This document shows, piece after piece, positions 11,001-25,459 of a DNA stretch of 64,000 nucleotides. The stretch spans positions 68,200,001 to 68,264,000 of the forward strand of contig OX597820.1 in assembly GCA_951406725.2 (NCBI GenBank), written 5' to 3'. A program made the translations under genes and the position numbers. Each line of letters starts with the position of its first letter. Position 1 is the first letter of the stretch. The stretch is from Octopus vulgaris (taxonomy: Eukaryota). The notes under the pieces are model-generated. The model saw only the letters and a list, made by a program, of their open reading frames with translations. It searched no databases and was not told the DNA's origin.

Positions 11001-13242
11001 AAATCAATCATCGTGTGTACGGTGAACAGCGAGAGCCAAAACGAGCATTCGTATATTTATTCTTTATACGTTCTGAAGGATTCGAACGTGAATATGCTAA
11101 TCGCTGTTGTATTTCGTTGCAGAAGAACAACTTAACTTTACGACGATTGTGTTTTCATAATACATACGCAAACACACACACACACACACACACACACGAA
11201 GCATACACATATATTTTTATATATTTATACATACACGTGACATATCGAGCAGTTTCCTCTGCCAAGTTTCTCTCTTAAACATCTGTAGACGCGAAAACAT
11301 GGTAAAAGGCACTTGCGCAGGATATAGCGCAGAGGGATTAAACGCAGGATTAAATAGCTATGATCTTCTTCATCTCACAACACTTGCATAACCATAAATA
11401 ACATATCCTTCAAGAGCTACGCTGTGTCGATATGCAGGCATAAGTATATTGAATACAAAGTCTAATTAAAGCATATATTTAGAAAACTCATATTTATGTG
11501 AAAGGAGGGTTCTATACGTTTATTCGACTTGCAAGATTGACGATCAAATCTCTATTAAATAGCACTCCAATCATTGATTTAATCGAGGTTTATAGAAAGT
11601 ACATGTAGGAGATGGATCCCCAGGCATACTCCGACAAAGGCAGCGTGATCACATTTGTCTTCTTGATATGGTTAAAAAAAGCGACAATAGATTAGTAAAA
11701 TAGGTTATTACAGCCCTCATGCTTGCTTTGGATTTCGATTTAAATTCTGGTTTAAATAATTTCATCCTATATTTGAAGCAATCTGCATTTAACTGAGTCC
11801 GATATTCTGTGTTATATTCCCAATGAAAATCAGTTCATCTAATTTATTTACTTATTCGTTTGGGCATAACATCAATTTTCTCTTTTCTCTAATAATATGA
11901 GTTTTATTGAAAGTCAGATGAAAGGTATGTATTTGAAAATCAGGTGGCACACGACCTAGATCTACGACTGAGATCAACCGAGATCTTATCGTCGTTTCGA
12001 CTGTTGGTTATTGCCCTTGAGAAAGTACGAACCTCCGACGAGCTTCTTTCCTCTTTCCTATAAGTATCGAGCCATTGTATCTTCATAAGAAATCAATATA
12101 TACTTGAACGCCTTAGACTAGCGAGCAATGGATTAGGTTATTGACATATGTTCCCAAGTTTATCCTTGCCTTCAGTCAATTGAAAATTCGGTGCTCGCTT
12201 AATATACAAAGCTAAGAGCAAAACTTTTCAGGAGTTATAGTCGATTTTATATCGAAGGAACACTTGCAAGTGCCTTAAGCACCTGAATTCCTACAAGGAA
12301 ACATTATAAATTCAATAAGTAAACATTCGGGCTATTTGCAAGTGTGTTTCTAACCTAAGTTACCTAAGTTAGGTGTTAGGTGATGAACTCATTTCATAAT
12401 AAATCAACGAATAAAAATGAATTATCTACGCTATGTTACAAAGACAAATACTAAATTCAGAAATATATGTTAAAATATGTTTTAATGAAAATGCTGCACT
12501 TTGAAAGAAAACTAATGGAAAAATCAGTGTTTGTGAATAAAAATTTTATATTAAGAGAACTAGTTCAATCGGAGGGGTAATAAAGTTGACCTGTCTGCAG
12601 GGCAACAACAGAGTAAGTCTAAAAGTTTTGGTAGAATGAAAATACATTATTGAATAAATAAAACAAAAATAACTATTTACTATTATTATATATCACACCA
12701 GTACTAGAATTTTCTGATTCTTTCTGATTCTTTCAACAGTAATATTTATATTTTCTACTGTAAAGACAGTGATGTTGGAGAGCAAAAAAAAAACAAAAAA
12801 ACATTTTCCTGAATGTCTTACCACAAAAAAAAAAAAATGCATTTTCTCCCTCTAGGCCCTAAAGTTCAGAGTTTATCAAATATGTCATCCTTCCTCACAC
12901 CTGGAGTAGAAAAATATAATTTCTTTTTGAATAAGTACAAATTCATTATGTTTTAGGTAAAAAAAACTAAGATATTTTCAGATTCATACCTTTCCCAAAA
13001 GCATTTACAAGTTATTAAAGGGATCCGGGCGGTTTTATTCAGCCAGGAGCTTACCTCTTTCTTTGCAATTCTCACCATTATGGTAAATATTAGCGGTTTG
13101 TGTTCAACGTGCGTAAGGTTTCGAGCCATTTGAGTGCCGCACAGCAGGTCGATATTTTCACAATTTCCATTGCATTGTGCTTATGGATAACTCGCTAATC
13201 ATGCAACAATAGTGTTCCTCTTTCAACATTACAAAAGGATAA

Positions 13243-13528
13243 GCTGGCGTGGTGGCAGAAATGTTACACACCGGGCGAACTGCTTAGCGGTATTTCGTCT
13301 GCCGCTACGTTCTGAGTTGAAATTACGCCGAGTTCGACTTTGCCTTTCATCCTTTCGAGGTCGATAAATTAAGCACCAGTTTCCGTCTATCAAATCCACT
13401 GACAAGGCTTTGGTCGGCCCGAGGCTATAGAAGAAGACATTTATCCAAGGTGCCAGGCAGTGGGACTGAACACAGAACCATGTAGTTGGTAAACAAGCTA
13501 CTTACTACACAACCACTCCTGCGCCTAT
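13243..13528. mobile_element. chimera of a SINE B 5' part (+) fused to a SINE A 5' part (-)
   Basis: B sequence runs to ...gataaattaagcacCAGTT, then switches at that shared CAGTT (~13377-13381) to the family A reverse complement CAGTTtccgtctatcaaatccac...cctgcgcct. Confidence 0.85.
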
Positions 13529-14869
13529 GTCAACTTTTAAAGTGAAGTTTGTATAGTTAATTATTTTTACCTCTAATTATAGAAAGCATACGATCAAACG
13601 AGGCGTCTTCTATAGAGTTGCAAGATCTGCTGGAAACAGGTGTGGGAATATTCTTATTCACAAGTCTGTTCAATTAGAGCTGTCTTAGAGCTAAGCAACA
13701 ACATCAAAAACAGCAGTAATTTCTGAGAACTTGTTTGTGGTAGTTCAACCAGCCTGGCATAAATAGTAGCCAAATCTCACATAGCACCCTACAGGATAAA
13801 CTTACAGATATAGAAAAAAATCGGGATTGTTTCAGTTGGAACAACTTCGATCATATGTCTTTATGAACATGGTTGACTCGTGGCTAAAGAGTAACTTTGA
13901 AAACATCAACAGCAACTAGTACAATATTTTATCAATGTAAAAAAAAACAAAAAACAACTTGTAACTCTTCTATTGAGCATTAAATTCATAAGTCAAACGA
14001 ATATAAACGAAGAATGTGTTGCATTTACTATAACTTCATAACCATGTATAGAGCTGTAACAAGTTTTAGGTATAAAATGAATAATAGATTTGCTCAGCCT
14101 CATATTTTGGTTAACAGTTTTGAAACGGCGAGCCACAGATTTTTATAAATGAAATTTAATGTATTAGAAAAATCTTCAATAATGCTCATGCGCCTAAAAA
14201 TATGTGCTATTCATGATTTTACTTACAGAAATTGCAACTAATAAAACAAGATATAAGCAATAATTGTTTTAGTTTTTATTCTCAATGTTTAACTTTAAAA
14301 CAGTTTGTGGTATTTATTTTGCTTGCTCTTCATTTAGCAACGAGTTTTCATCGAATCAACGTAAGATAGATAAAATTAATAATTATATTAAAATATACTA
14401 TTTCATATCTCGTATTATAATAATATATTGTAAATATATAACAATATTAATGATAAAAATAACAACAATAGCAATAATAGAAATTTTTTTCTATCGGCTG
14501 AGTCAATTGAAAGACTATAAATACATATCCGACTCTAAGGATAATTAACAATGGTCAACGATGGCAAAAGATATTTAATAAAGTTCCCAAACCTCAATAA
14601 ATTAACATGCATTAAAAATGATTAACATTTGGATAGTTTTTTTTATGACTGCACAGACACTGTAGGTGCTTGAAACCTATATCCTTATTGCCATCATGTT
14701 TTTTAAATGTTTAGGATTTTAAGATATACCAAGTATATAGTTGTGGTATAGATTCTTTTGAAATTGTGGTTGCACTAGGAACATTGTTATGTGAAAATTC
14801 TACTGTCTTCCAAAGGATGCATACAGAACAGCGAGAGTCTAAAGAATAATGTATGTATTTATTCTTAAT

Positions 14870-15135
14870 ATTTTATGGCAGATTGGAACGTCAATATTTG
14901 ATCACTGTGGTTTATCACCCTCGGAGCATGCCTCTTCCCTTGGGCAAGGTGTTTTCACAACAGATAGAATTCAACAGTCCACCCTAGTGTGAGAGGTCTT
15001 CCAGACACCTTGGTGTTTCGAGATTGTTGTGTGCCTCCTCTGTCGAAGCTACCTCACAGTCGGACCGATGCATCTGACAAGAGCTGCTCTGTGTGTACCC
15101 CAAGAATTATTATCTGTTCGGCAGACATCTGCAAA
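14870..15135 (-). pseudogene. possible mariner transposase N-terminal (HTH) relic
   Basis: The minus-strand translation GVHTEQLLSDASVRL*GSFDRGG...VSGRPLT resembles the mariner VxxW...F.xG...RSGRP motif. It is heavily degraded. Confidence 0.4.
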
Positions 15136-15181
15136 CACCAACAAATAATTTGCTTGTTGATTCCTATAAAAAAGAGCTGGT

Positions 15182-15246
<65 letters not shown>

Positions 15247-17676
15247 AAGGTACATTTATCTACATGGTATTAACTATGCGAATATACTATTTTTACAGGT
15301 CAAAATTATTGACACAATGACGGGCAAAATTCTTCGCCTTATGATTTTGTTTACAGCAAAACAAATTTATACAATTATTCTCATTTGGAGAATTAGCGAT
15401 TTTTTGAAATGTCAATATTTGTTAGACTTTGTCGCCTATCTAATAAAGTTTACAGTTTAACTAAGTTACAACATGCACGAGTTGAGATTAATCTTTAACT
15501 ATTACAAATGAGCAAAAAAAAAGCATCCATTCTATTTTTCAGTTTAGATAACTGCACACATCTGTGTCGCGTGTGTCTTCTTTAGTAGAAAGTAAAGTAC
15601 CTTGAAGTCAAGCTGTTCTTTCACTAACTCTTATCTTCAGTAGCTAAAATGTAGTTTGAATCCATTATGAGGTCACTTAGAGGTTAAGCACTTTTATCTG
15701 CTGACTCAGAGATGATATTCACAAAAATGTTTTCAAAGTACTACAGTTCGCTAGAATCGACTCCTTACAAGTATACAAGCTCTTCTTTTCGATATGGTAG
15801 TTCTGTAAGTATGCCATATGGTGTTGACCTAGTGATTACAAATGCCAATTAGGTCGAGAGGACCTAATTCTTCTTTGCTACTTTATTGGCTTCGTGGAGC
15901 GTCAACCACATAAACACCAAATACTACACACATGCAATTGTTAAAAACGTCAGTCTTTGATCTTGCCGCATAAAAGATGACCAAAGAATAGGCCACCGAG
16001 TGGCCGTTGAACCACAACTAGACAAATTAGCGCTTTCATAAATAGACAAGTGGTGAAATGGGGTGCGAACTTGAACGGTTATAGAATTCCTATCTCTTCG
16101 ATAGATTCCTCTTTAGTACAAACACAACAAACCTTCTGGACTGTTGAAAACAAGTACCTTAAACGATCGAATTATACGAGGGAAAAGGAGTTAATATGAA
16201 GATACCTAAAAGCATACCATTGTTGTACGGACAGAATTAATCGACACGTTAATATTATTCATTCATTCACTTATTTATTAATTCATCATCATCATCATTA
16301 TCATCATTATTATAATTTAACATAGTCAGTGTAGAAAGAAAAGTACACTTGGTCTTTTTGATAATATTCAAGACAATTCAAGCAAATGGAGGAAAAAAAT
16401 TATGAAATTTTGACTCATAAGCTTGCTCCCAATTCTTTCAAAAAAAATGAACTCCGCTAAAGGTATCAAGGAATGAGACAATGCTTGTTAAATTACAGAT
16501 TAAAATCTATGTTAGTCGTGCTTTTCCTGAGACAAAGCAGTTCTAAATTAGATTTGAAATTCTTTGACAATCCCATTTTCTTATAAACTTACGTGTAAAA
16601 AATTATATTTACCATCAGTATCTTTGTAGCGATGGCCGCGAAATTAAGAACATTGTTTCTGGTTTTGTTTTCGAACCCACTGTGCAGCGTTTGGGAGAAA
16701 TGTGTTTTACAATACACTCGGGATGACCAATACTTTGTAAGTGGAATTTTGCTGACGACAAATGTTCAGAAACCCATGTGTATAATGGCAAGAAAACCGA
16801 AACGAAACTCACACCCTGCAAAACCTAGTGAGTTTCCGTACGAAGTTTTCTGCTATTATTGTTTGTACCTTGTTAACGGACATTTCCTTGTCATTCTCAC
16901 CAGCCCAAATGTAGTTAATCAGTGATGAGTTGGTTGCACACCTCTAGCTAACGAGGTTCATGATTTGATAGAATTTATATTCATAAACAAATGCTAAAAT
17001 ATTAATATTAGTATTTTCCAGAAAACTATCTAGTAATAGGAAATTTCTCAACTTAATACCCACATATACGTATTACATAAGAATGTATAAAAAGCAATTG
17101 GCAGAATGTGTAAGAACGACAGACGACAAAATTGACGATTTTATTCCGTATCTTTTCTTTCTGAGCTCAAATCTCATTTTCATCCTTTCCGAGTCGATAA
17201 ATTAACAATCAATGGCAGGATGAGGGTGTCTTAACTGTATTGTGAATTAATCATCCGCCACTGCTGATTCAATTGTGTAGCAGACCTCTACCTGGTACTT
17301 GGATGTCTTTTATGGAGTCCATTCGATTGCAAAAATTTGGGCCAAGTTTTCAACCAGAGGATATTTCACTTCCCCTATTCCCATTGGTCCCTTTAAAAAG
17401 AATATAGTCAATGTTCCTTCTACTGATTAAGCGATTAAAAAAACAAAACATTTCTTATTTACCTATAGCTTATAATAGACGCTAACATAAGCAGAAAATA
17501 AAATATTGAAATGATTGTATACCCAAGTATATTACTAGAAACAAATGCAAGATTTGGTTGGAGGAAGGAAGAAACTCGAGTCCTTGTGGGATTTCAAAAG
17601 TTGGACGTGTGAGTTTTAAAGGAATAACGAAATTATATACACCTGTGTCTGATTACTCATTTGAGCTAGCTAACTG

Positions 17677-17776
<100 letters not shown>

Positions 17777-17850
17777 CTATCTAGCTAGCTAGCTAGTTAG
17801 CTGGCTGGCTAATACACTCAATAAACCCATGATGTTAGGGTTTCGGATTT

Positions 17851-17897
<47 letters not shown>

Positions 17898-18149
17898 CCT
17901 TTATATTATCTCTGTTGTCATCGGAGCATTGCGTTCAATACTATTCTATCTGAAAAAAAAACAGCTGAAAACTTTAGAAATACCCTACAATCTAGGTGTA
18001 TTTGCAAAAGTCGGCATTACTGCACGTATATTGAGCAAAGTACTGTCTGAGGTTGTGACTTGATAAACAATATGTTCACTCAACAACCTCACGATATTGT
18101 ATTCTGTGCGACGACTATAATAATAATAATAATAATAATAATAGCAGTA

Positions 18150-18680
18150 ATGTTCCTTTCTGCAATAGGCACAAAAATTTTGGGGTAGGGGATAAATCGA
18201 TTATATCGGGCCAAGTGTTCAACTGGTACTTATTTTATCGACCCTGAAGGATGGAAGGCAAAGTCGACGTCTGCGGAATTTGAACTTAGAATGTGAAAGC
18301 GGACGAAATGCCATATAGCACTTTACCCACCGTGCTAACAATACTGCCAGTTCGCCATCTTCATAATAATAATAATAATAATAATAATAATCTTTTCTAA
18401 TAAATGTAGAAGGCCTGAAATATATATATATATTTGGAGTGGAGTGGCTTGTGTAGCCGGTAACATCGACCCCAATGTTTCACTGGTACTTAATTTATCG
18501 ACGCCGAAAGGATGAATGGCAAAGCTGACCTCGGCGGAATTTGAACTCAAAATGTAGCGACAGACGAAATACCTATTTCTTTACTACCCACAAGGGGCTA
18601 AACACAGAGTGGACAAACAAGGACAGACAAACAGATTAAGTCGATTATATCGACCCCAGTGCGTAACTGGTACTTAATTT
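18150..18680 (-). mobile_element. tandem SINE family B copies
   Basis: ctggtacttaatttatcgac...gaaaggatgaatggcaaag...ctcggcggaatttgaactc is repeated, with (AAT)n tracts at the junctions. Confidence 0.85.
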
Positions 18681-18779
18681 ATATATATATTTCCTAATAG
18701 TATTGAATTATAAAAGTACTAAGGACTTTTTGAAACATAGAATGGCGATGGGGGAGGGGAGCAGTAGAATAAAATAAGA

Positions 18780-18820
18780 ATCAAATGGGTCCACAGGCAA
18801 AAAATGGTTGAGAACCACTG
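18780..18820. mobile_element. hAT-type MITE terminus (fragment)
   Basis: gggtccacaggcaaaaaatggttgagaaccactg is a typical hAT/Charlie-like right end (reverse complement CAGTGGTTCTCAACC). Confidence 0.5.
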
Positions 18821-20337
18821 GGTTAATCAATTACGTCGATACCAGTGCATAACTAGTACTTATGCTAACGACTCCGTTACCGCATTTTAATCTCTGCTCC
18901 TTAAATATGGACTTTAAGTAACCATTTTATTATCGATAAGTGGGGAAAAAAAAGAAAATCTACTTTAGTTAGGGAACACGCAATAGACTTTTTAGAAATG
19001 ATTATTAAAAGATTTAAGATTTTGAGCTAAAAAAGTTCAACAATGATCAAAGAACAACTAAATCATTTTGTTATATTTTTCGAGGCAACAAGTGGACCTC
19101 GACGTAAACGTTAAATAGCTCTTAATCTGTAGATAAAATTGTGTCTACATTAAGATTTGTAACTATCCGCTGAAGAAGCCACTAAAACAAAAAGCCAGGA
19201 AAGATACAAGCCTATGAATTTGTAAAATTGATTTTTAATTTTTCGCAACTCAAATTCACTCCCTATGGTTCCATTGAACATATAATTCGCCCCTGGTACT
19301 AAAAATATTCTCATTCTCATCCCCGACATAATTTTTTTAATTCCAGAAAGAGCGACCAAATCTCCTTCAGATTACGCCACACTTTCTAAAAAGAGGAGGA
19401 GAAAAGCCAAAGAAGTTTTAGTTATTTAAAAATAAGGGATAGTCACAGCTGGAACGCCCTTAATTTATAGACATGCTAGACCAGAGATGACCCAGGGTTA
19501 AACAATAAGAATGACATGAACCATCGTTTCTTTAGTTATTCATGTTGTGCAATATGAAGTACTTGTGTTTTGTATTGCGTCACGATGACAAACTAATTAA
19601 ACAATAATCCACGAATAATAACGTTAATAAATAATAATTAATTTATAATTAACATCCTTGTGTAGAAAAATGTTAATGGGTCCCATTAATCTTGAAGAAA
19701 GATTTTCACGTTAACCATTCCGCTTGACATGAAACGGTTAGTTAAAAAGAATGTTGGCGTTGGTTTGTTTTACGGCATGGAAGAAAGAAACTGTGACAAG
19801 CTGAAGGCAATATAATGCCAGTGGGAACGACAGACAAGCACTAGAGGGAGATTATGAAAACTGCTGTAAGGCCCGCCTATTCAATCGTGCCAGTGAGAGG
19901 TAAAAAAGACTGGTAACTTGTCTAAAATAAACAGCCAATAAAAATTTGAGTCTCTGTCAGCCAGTGAAACCGTCAAATACGGAATAAAAGCTTTGAATTC
20001 ATTACATCCTTGTCATCCACTGGAGGAAAGCTGTTGTACGTTTTTTTTTTATTATTTTCTCCTCTTTTAATGAGAGAACCACGCCTCCTCTATAAGCATT
20101 TTTGAATCCTCATTAATATTGTTTGCTCTGTGATGACATCAAAAGCTTTCCTATTTTGACTGGTGCTGTAAGCTTTTATATCCTTTACATCTGCTCAGGA
20201 AAGTGACGTGGTTATTCGTTAAGCAGACATACTGCAAGACTAAGAAATTTATATTCAAGTTTTCTTTCAATGCATTTCGTGAACATGGACGCATTTATGT
20301 ACGTGTGATGTGTAAGTGTGTGTATGTGTGTGTGTAC

Positions 20338-20392
<55 letters not shown>

Positions 20393-20580
20393 CATAAAAA
20401 CACAGACACAGACACACTCATATAATATATATATTATATATACATATATACATATATATTAATATTATCAAAGGCTTATCTGAAATATTAGAACTTTCCA
20501 TTACCAGTGGCCTAGCGTGTAAAAATTAAGTCAATAGACTATATATTATTCCTATAAATACACCGTATTTATATGAATAT

Positions 20581-20619
<39 letters not shown>

Positions 20620-20685
20620 TATATACATATACATACATGCGTACATACATATATATATGTATGTATGTGTGTATATATATGTATA

Positions 20686-20740
<55 letters not shown>

Positions 20741-21526
20741 TAAAATATATGTGTATATACATATATACATATATATGTATACACAAATATGCACATATAT
20801 ACATACATTTGTGTGTATGTGTGTCGGTGGGTGGGTGTGTTTGTTTGTGTGTGCGCGTATTTGAGTGTGTGTATAGTAATGTACACAGAAGACAAATTTG
20901 GTCAAATAACAAATTCTGTGTTTACAGAAGGTGATGATATTGAATACTTTGTCTTCGAACCAACGGGGGTTCCTATACATTATAACTCTGCCTCCTAGAT
21001 ATCTAAGCCAAACGCCCCTCACATAATACCCTACCATCTTAAAATATACAATCATTTGATAATATATACACCGTGCATACTACATGGAAGGAGAGACGTT
21101 CATAGTTTGTCTTTGTGTAGAGATCTGTCAGAGGGGTAAATTCTTGTGATATAGAGATAACCTAAAAATAAATAAAAAAGAATACAGCACCAACAACTTT
21201 TAGCAAAATCAAGATGTTTTTGTTATTGTTATTGACCAAAATAATTATTAGAGATTATGGTCTGTCAACAGTCTTTAATTTAGAGAACGTGTAGATATTC
21301 TTAACATTATCAAATGTGGAATCTTTTTCCAGGCGAAAGCTTGTAATTTGTGTGTGTGTGTGTGTGTGATTTTCGTGCTATTTATTGCAGGTTGGGTGTA
21401 TTAAGATCGCTTGTTATCCACCTGACGAACTCTATGAAAATGGGATACTACAATATATATATATATATATATGTATATATATTTCCATATTTCAAGTGGA
21501 GCAAGAGCATACACGAAGAGGAAAAG

Positions 21527-21571
21527 TGTCGCTGAAGAGGTCACAGATGTGTGACGAAAGATTTCCGGACA
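21527..21571 (+). ncRNA. minimal type I hammerhead ribozyme
   Basis: tgtcg-CTGAAGA(21532-21538)-g-gtcaca(gatg)tgtgac-GAAA-gatt-TC-cggaca. The core is canonical, stem II is a perfect 6 bp, and stem I has a one-nt bulge. Confidence 0.75.
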
Positions 21572-21702
21572 ATGGACATGTGAGTTAGAATAAAAGCAGT
21601 AATAAACGAGTGAAAAACAAAAATATATAGTGCGTGTGTTTGGCAAAAAAAAAAAAAAAGAAAACGATTTAAGAAGTTTTGAAGTTTCAATGGGATTGAG
21701 CC

Positions 21703-21971
<269 letters not shown>

Positions 21972-22022
21972 AATAGTAATAATAGTAATGATAATAATAG
22001 TAATAATAGTAATAATAATAAT

Positions 22023-22410
22023 AAGATTAGTAAATATAAAGACTTGCTAAGAGAAGTTGAAAAAATGTGGCATCTCAAGGCGTCTACAGTACCAGTGATA
22101 ATAGGATCTCTAGGAATGATAAGAAAAAAGGTACTGAAACCTATTTGAGAATGATACCAGGCTTACCATCGCTACAAGAAGTGCAAAAAAATCGTGTTAA
22201 CTGGAGCGGTTCATGTGCTGAGAAGAGCATTATCGCTGTGAAAACAACATCCATTCATGAATTTATTTATTCATTAACTTTTTAAATACATATTTTACCT
22301 GTGAATTTGCGTGTTTAATCTGGGAATGCAAACAATGAGCTTCTCTGCCCTAGGTGTACGGAAAACACTCGGCGAGAAACGGAAGAAATTTTGAAGAAAG
22401 AAGGAAAAAT
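22023..22410 (+). mobile_element. Dong/R4-clade LINE 3' fragment (RLE endonuclease C-terminus plus 3' UTR)
   Basis: The translation KISKYKDLLREVEKMWHLKASTVPVIIGSLGMI...LQEVQK..LTGAVHVLRRAL matches the restriction-like endonuclease tail. It is flanked on both sides by (AAT)n, the known Dong target. Confidence 0.88.
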
Positions 22411-22416
22411 AATAAC

Positions 22417-22472
<56 letters not shown>

Positions 22473-22474
<2 letters not shown>

Positions 22475-22672
22475 GGTTCAATCCCGTTGAAACTTCAAAA
22501 GTTCTTAAAGCAACTGGAAATCCCATGCAAGATTGATGTCTTACAAAAAGCAACCTTATTGGGCACAGCACATATCTTAATGAAAGTATTATCTGTCTGA
22601 GGGCCTTGTTGTGACTTGACAGATGACTAAAGTCTCCGGTGCATATTTAGCTACACTGTGTTACGAAGGAAT
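22473..22672 (+). mobile_element. second Dong/R4-clade LINE 3' fragment
   Basis: GSIPLKLQKFLKQLEIPCKIDVLQKATLLGTAHILMKVLSV*, followed by a short UTR and an (AAT)/(GAT)n tail. Confidence 0.85.
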
Positions 22673-22691
22673 AATGATGATGATGATAATA

Positions 22692-22730
<39 letters not shown>

Positions 22731-23249
22731 ATGATCATGATGATGATAAGTGCTCTGATGCAGTATCAAGCAGTGGCTGTCATGGCTTCTGATCGCAACT
22801 GATTGGAAGTGTTAATTTGTACATGTTTTGTCTTGGTGTAAAAGAGTGGCTACAGCAAATATTCTGCTCAGTACCGCAAATCTGCTTGTCACTTGCTTGA
22901 CCTTAACAATTCGAGCATGTCTCTTAGTGGCTGGTAATATGTGCGTCTCTGATCAGGAGCAGTAGTGGTGGGAGCATCATAGCCATATGTTGAAATGCGC
23001 TGTTTGGGATTTGAATAATTCACATCTGAAAACATGAGTGTTTCGCTCATACTTAAACAACCCATATTCATGAATCCCTTGAGCAGGATGGGCTGCTCGC
23101 CATGAAAAAAATTCTAACTGGGCCCACCTGTAAGGTTATGTGCTGTTTATCTTGTTATGAGGTCAACATGTCACACATATATTGTTGTAATGCATGTACC
23201 TGGTGTACTCTTTTGAGATGGGCAGTTATGATGGGTATATTAGGTTTTT

Positions 23250-23610
23250 GTACTGGGCTAGTACTTTCTGTTTTTGACGCAGAAAGAGCAAAAGGCTAAG
23301 TTGATCTCTGTCGGTTTTGAACTCAGAGTGTAAAGAGCCAGAACACATATCAGGAAGCATTTTGTCTGATGCTCAAACAATGCTGCTAGTTCACATTTTC
23401 TATTTCTTCTACTCAAGGCACAAGACCTGAAATTTGGGAGAGCTAGTTAATCGATTAAATTGACCCCCAGAACTTGACTGACACTGTATCTAAAATCCCC
23501 TGCAGTTGTGATGAAAGGCTTAGGTAATCTCAGCAGTTTGAGTTCATTTGAATTCAGAACAAAGAGGCAGAAAAATGACGCACGGTATATTGTTCGATGC
23601 TTTAATGATC
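23250..23610 (-). mobile_element. degenerate SINE family B copies
   Basis: tttgaactcagagtgtaaagagcc and tttgaattcagaacaaagaggcag match the reverse complement of family B. Confidence 0.6.
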
Positions 23611-25459
23611 CAATCAATGCACCAAATAATACAATTTTAAAATCTCCAGTTTTGGGTACTGTATTTAGAAACTTGCAGAGGACTTACACTTGTTATTCAA
23701 AATTGCCTTATATTAATTTATTTGTTCTCTAAAAAAATCTTCCCATAAAAATACACATTTTTACCCATACAGTTTATTTCCAATAGTTACGTTAATTTAT
23801 TGTGCGTTAAGAGACAGAAAAATTTGATCACCAAATCAAATGCCTTATGGTAATGATTTTCGGCCTTCTTTTGTCTGAAATCAAATGCTGCTAGTTCGAC
23901 ATTGCTACATTAATTACTTTTAATCACTTGTTTTACATTTTATGATAGCATATAAGACTTTTTTTTCTCAAGAAAATGTCAGAAAAAAATTATCCGCAAG
24001 CTAATTATGTCCTTGACGCCTACTATCGTTTTCTGGCTTTGAAGCTGATTAAAGTCTCTCTTACTATGTTTTGGTTGAAGATCAACTGTAGTGGAAGCTT
24101 GGTTTTTATAAAATGTATTCTGCTTTGTTTCCCCCCTTGCATGTTTTATTACTGTAACCATGTAGCATATGTTCACTATCATGGTAATTGCTTCATGTTC
24201 AGCTGTACCACTGATATTTATATATAGTAATATCCAACTTAAAACACCTTATAAGAACACCGAATACTACGTTATTAGCTTTGAGAAATCCTCTCATATA
24301 GGCGCTTGGTGCATAAAGTCACACACATTGATGATAGTGGTCGAGAACTTTCTGTCATGGACGCCGGCGCAATATTCGGTGTTATAACAAGGGATCCTTG
24401 TTAATACTGGTTCCATCACTAATGATTAATATATATAATAATGCTTTCAGTCTTAGTAGAAGGTCATTTTGTAATGTTTTTGTAATGTACAAGCAGATTG
24501 TTTTATGTATTAAATGCTTTAAAGCACAAGGCAGCCTTTTTTTTTTTTTTTTTTGCTGAATATGCGCTTCTAAGATGAGTTTGTTTCTAATATGACGGTG
24601 TGTCATTTTGCCATCAAATACGGTAGTAAAAGATGGATGAACTGCGTCCGAGACATTTTCCATTCTGTCTAATCTTGGTAGATGTAAGCTATCCTCGAAC
24701 TGAAGATCAAATTTTTGTTAAAAGCATGCATGGTGACAAGTATTAAACTGAACAAAGTTAATCATTCAGATGTTAACAGATTATGTTCACTTATGAACTG
24801 GAACTATTTCAACCCATTATAGCCCTACATTAGGCTTATCTTAATGTCAAAAATCATTAAGATACTGAAGACGATGGATGTGGTTGAGAAGTCGATTAGA
24901 ACATCAGATGATAAATGCATTTCATAATTTAGCTTCCATCATTTCAATGTCATTATTTAATGCCAACTATTAATCGAAGTCGTCGGAATAATATACCATA
25001 TCGATTGTACCTAATTTATATTCTCGTATGAAATGAATTTACCATTAAATTAGCATTTTGTCTAGGGACAAAGGAAGAGGCTATGTCCATGAGATAAGGT
25101 GGCCATTCGAGAAAGTTAGTGAGATTGATTCAGTTAACTTTCCTCTTTAGTTATGTTCAAATGTATTAATTTGAAGCTGTTAAATGCAACCAAGTAGTAA
25201 TATACATAAACATACATAAGATGGCGAGCAAGCAGAGTCGTAAGCACGTCGGTCAAAATGCTTAGCGGCATTTCATCCGTCACTACGTCCTGGGTTTAAA
25301 TTCCGCCGATATCGACGTTGCCTTGTATCATATATATATACACACATACATATATATATATATGTGTGTGTGTGTGTTTGTGTGACTGAGTGCCTGTGTA
25401 TGTACCTATATTTAAATATATATTTAAATATTTATCTATATATACGGATATATATATAT

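Noticed and set aside
22750-23245. Possible LINE 5' UTR with an HDV-like ribozyme after the (GAT)n tract
   Set aside because: I could not construct the nested double pseudoknot by eye, and there is no second copy in the window.
24382-24663. 93-aa minus-strand ORF as a mariner fragment or exon
   Set aside because: It has no convincing motif and runs through a poly-T tract.
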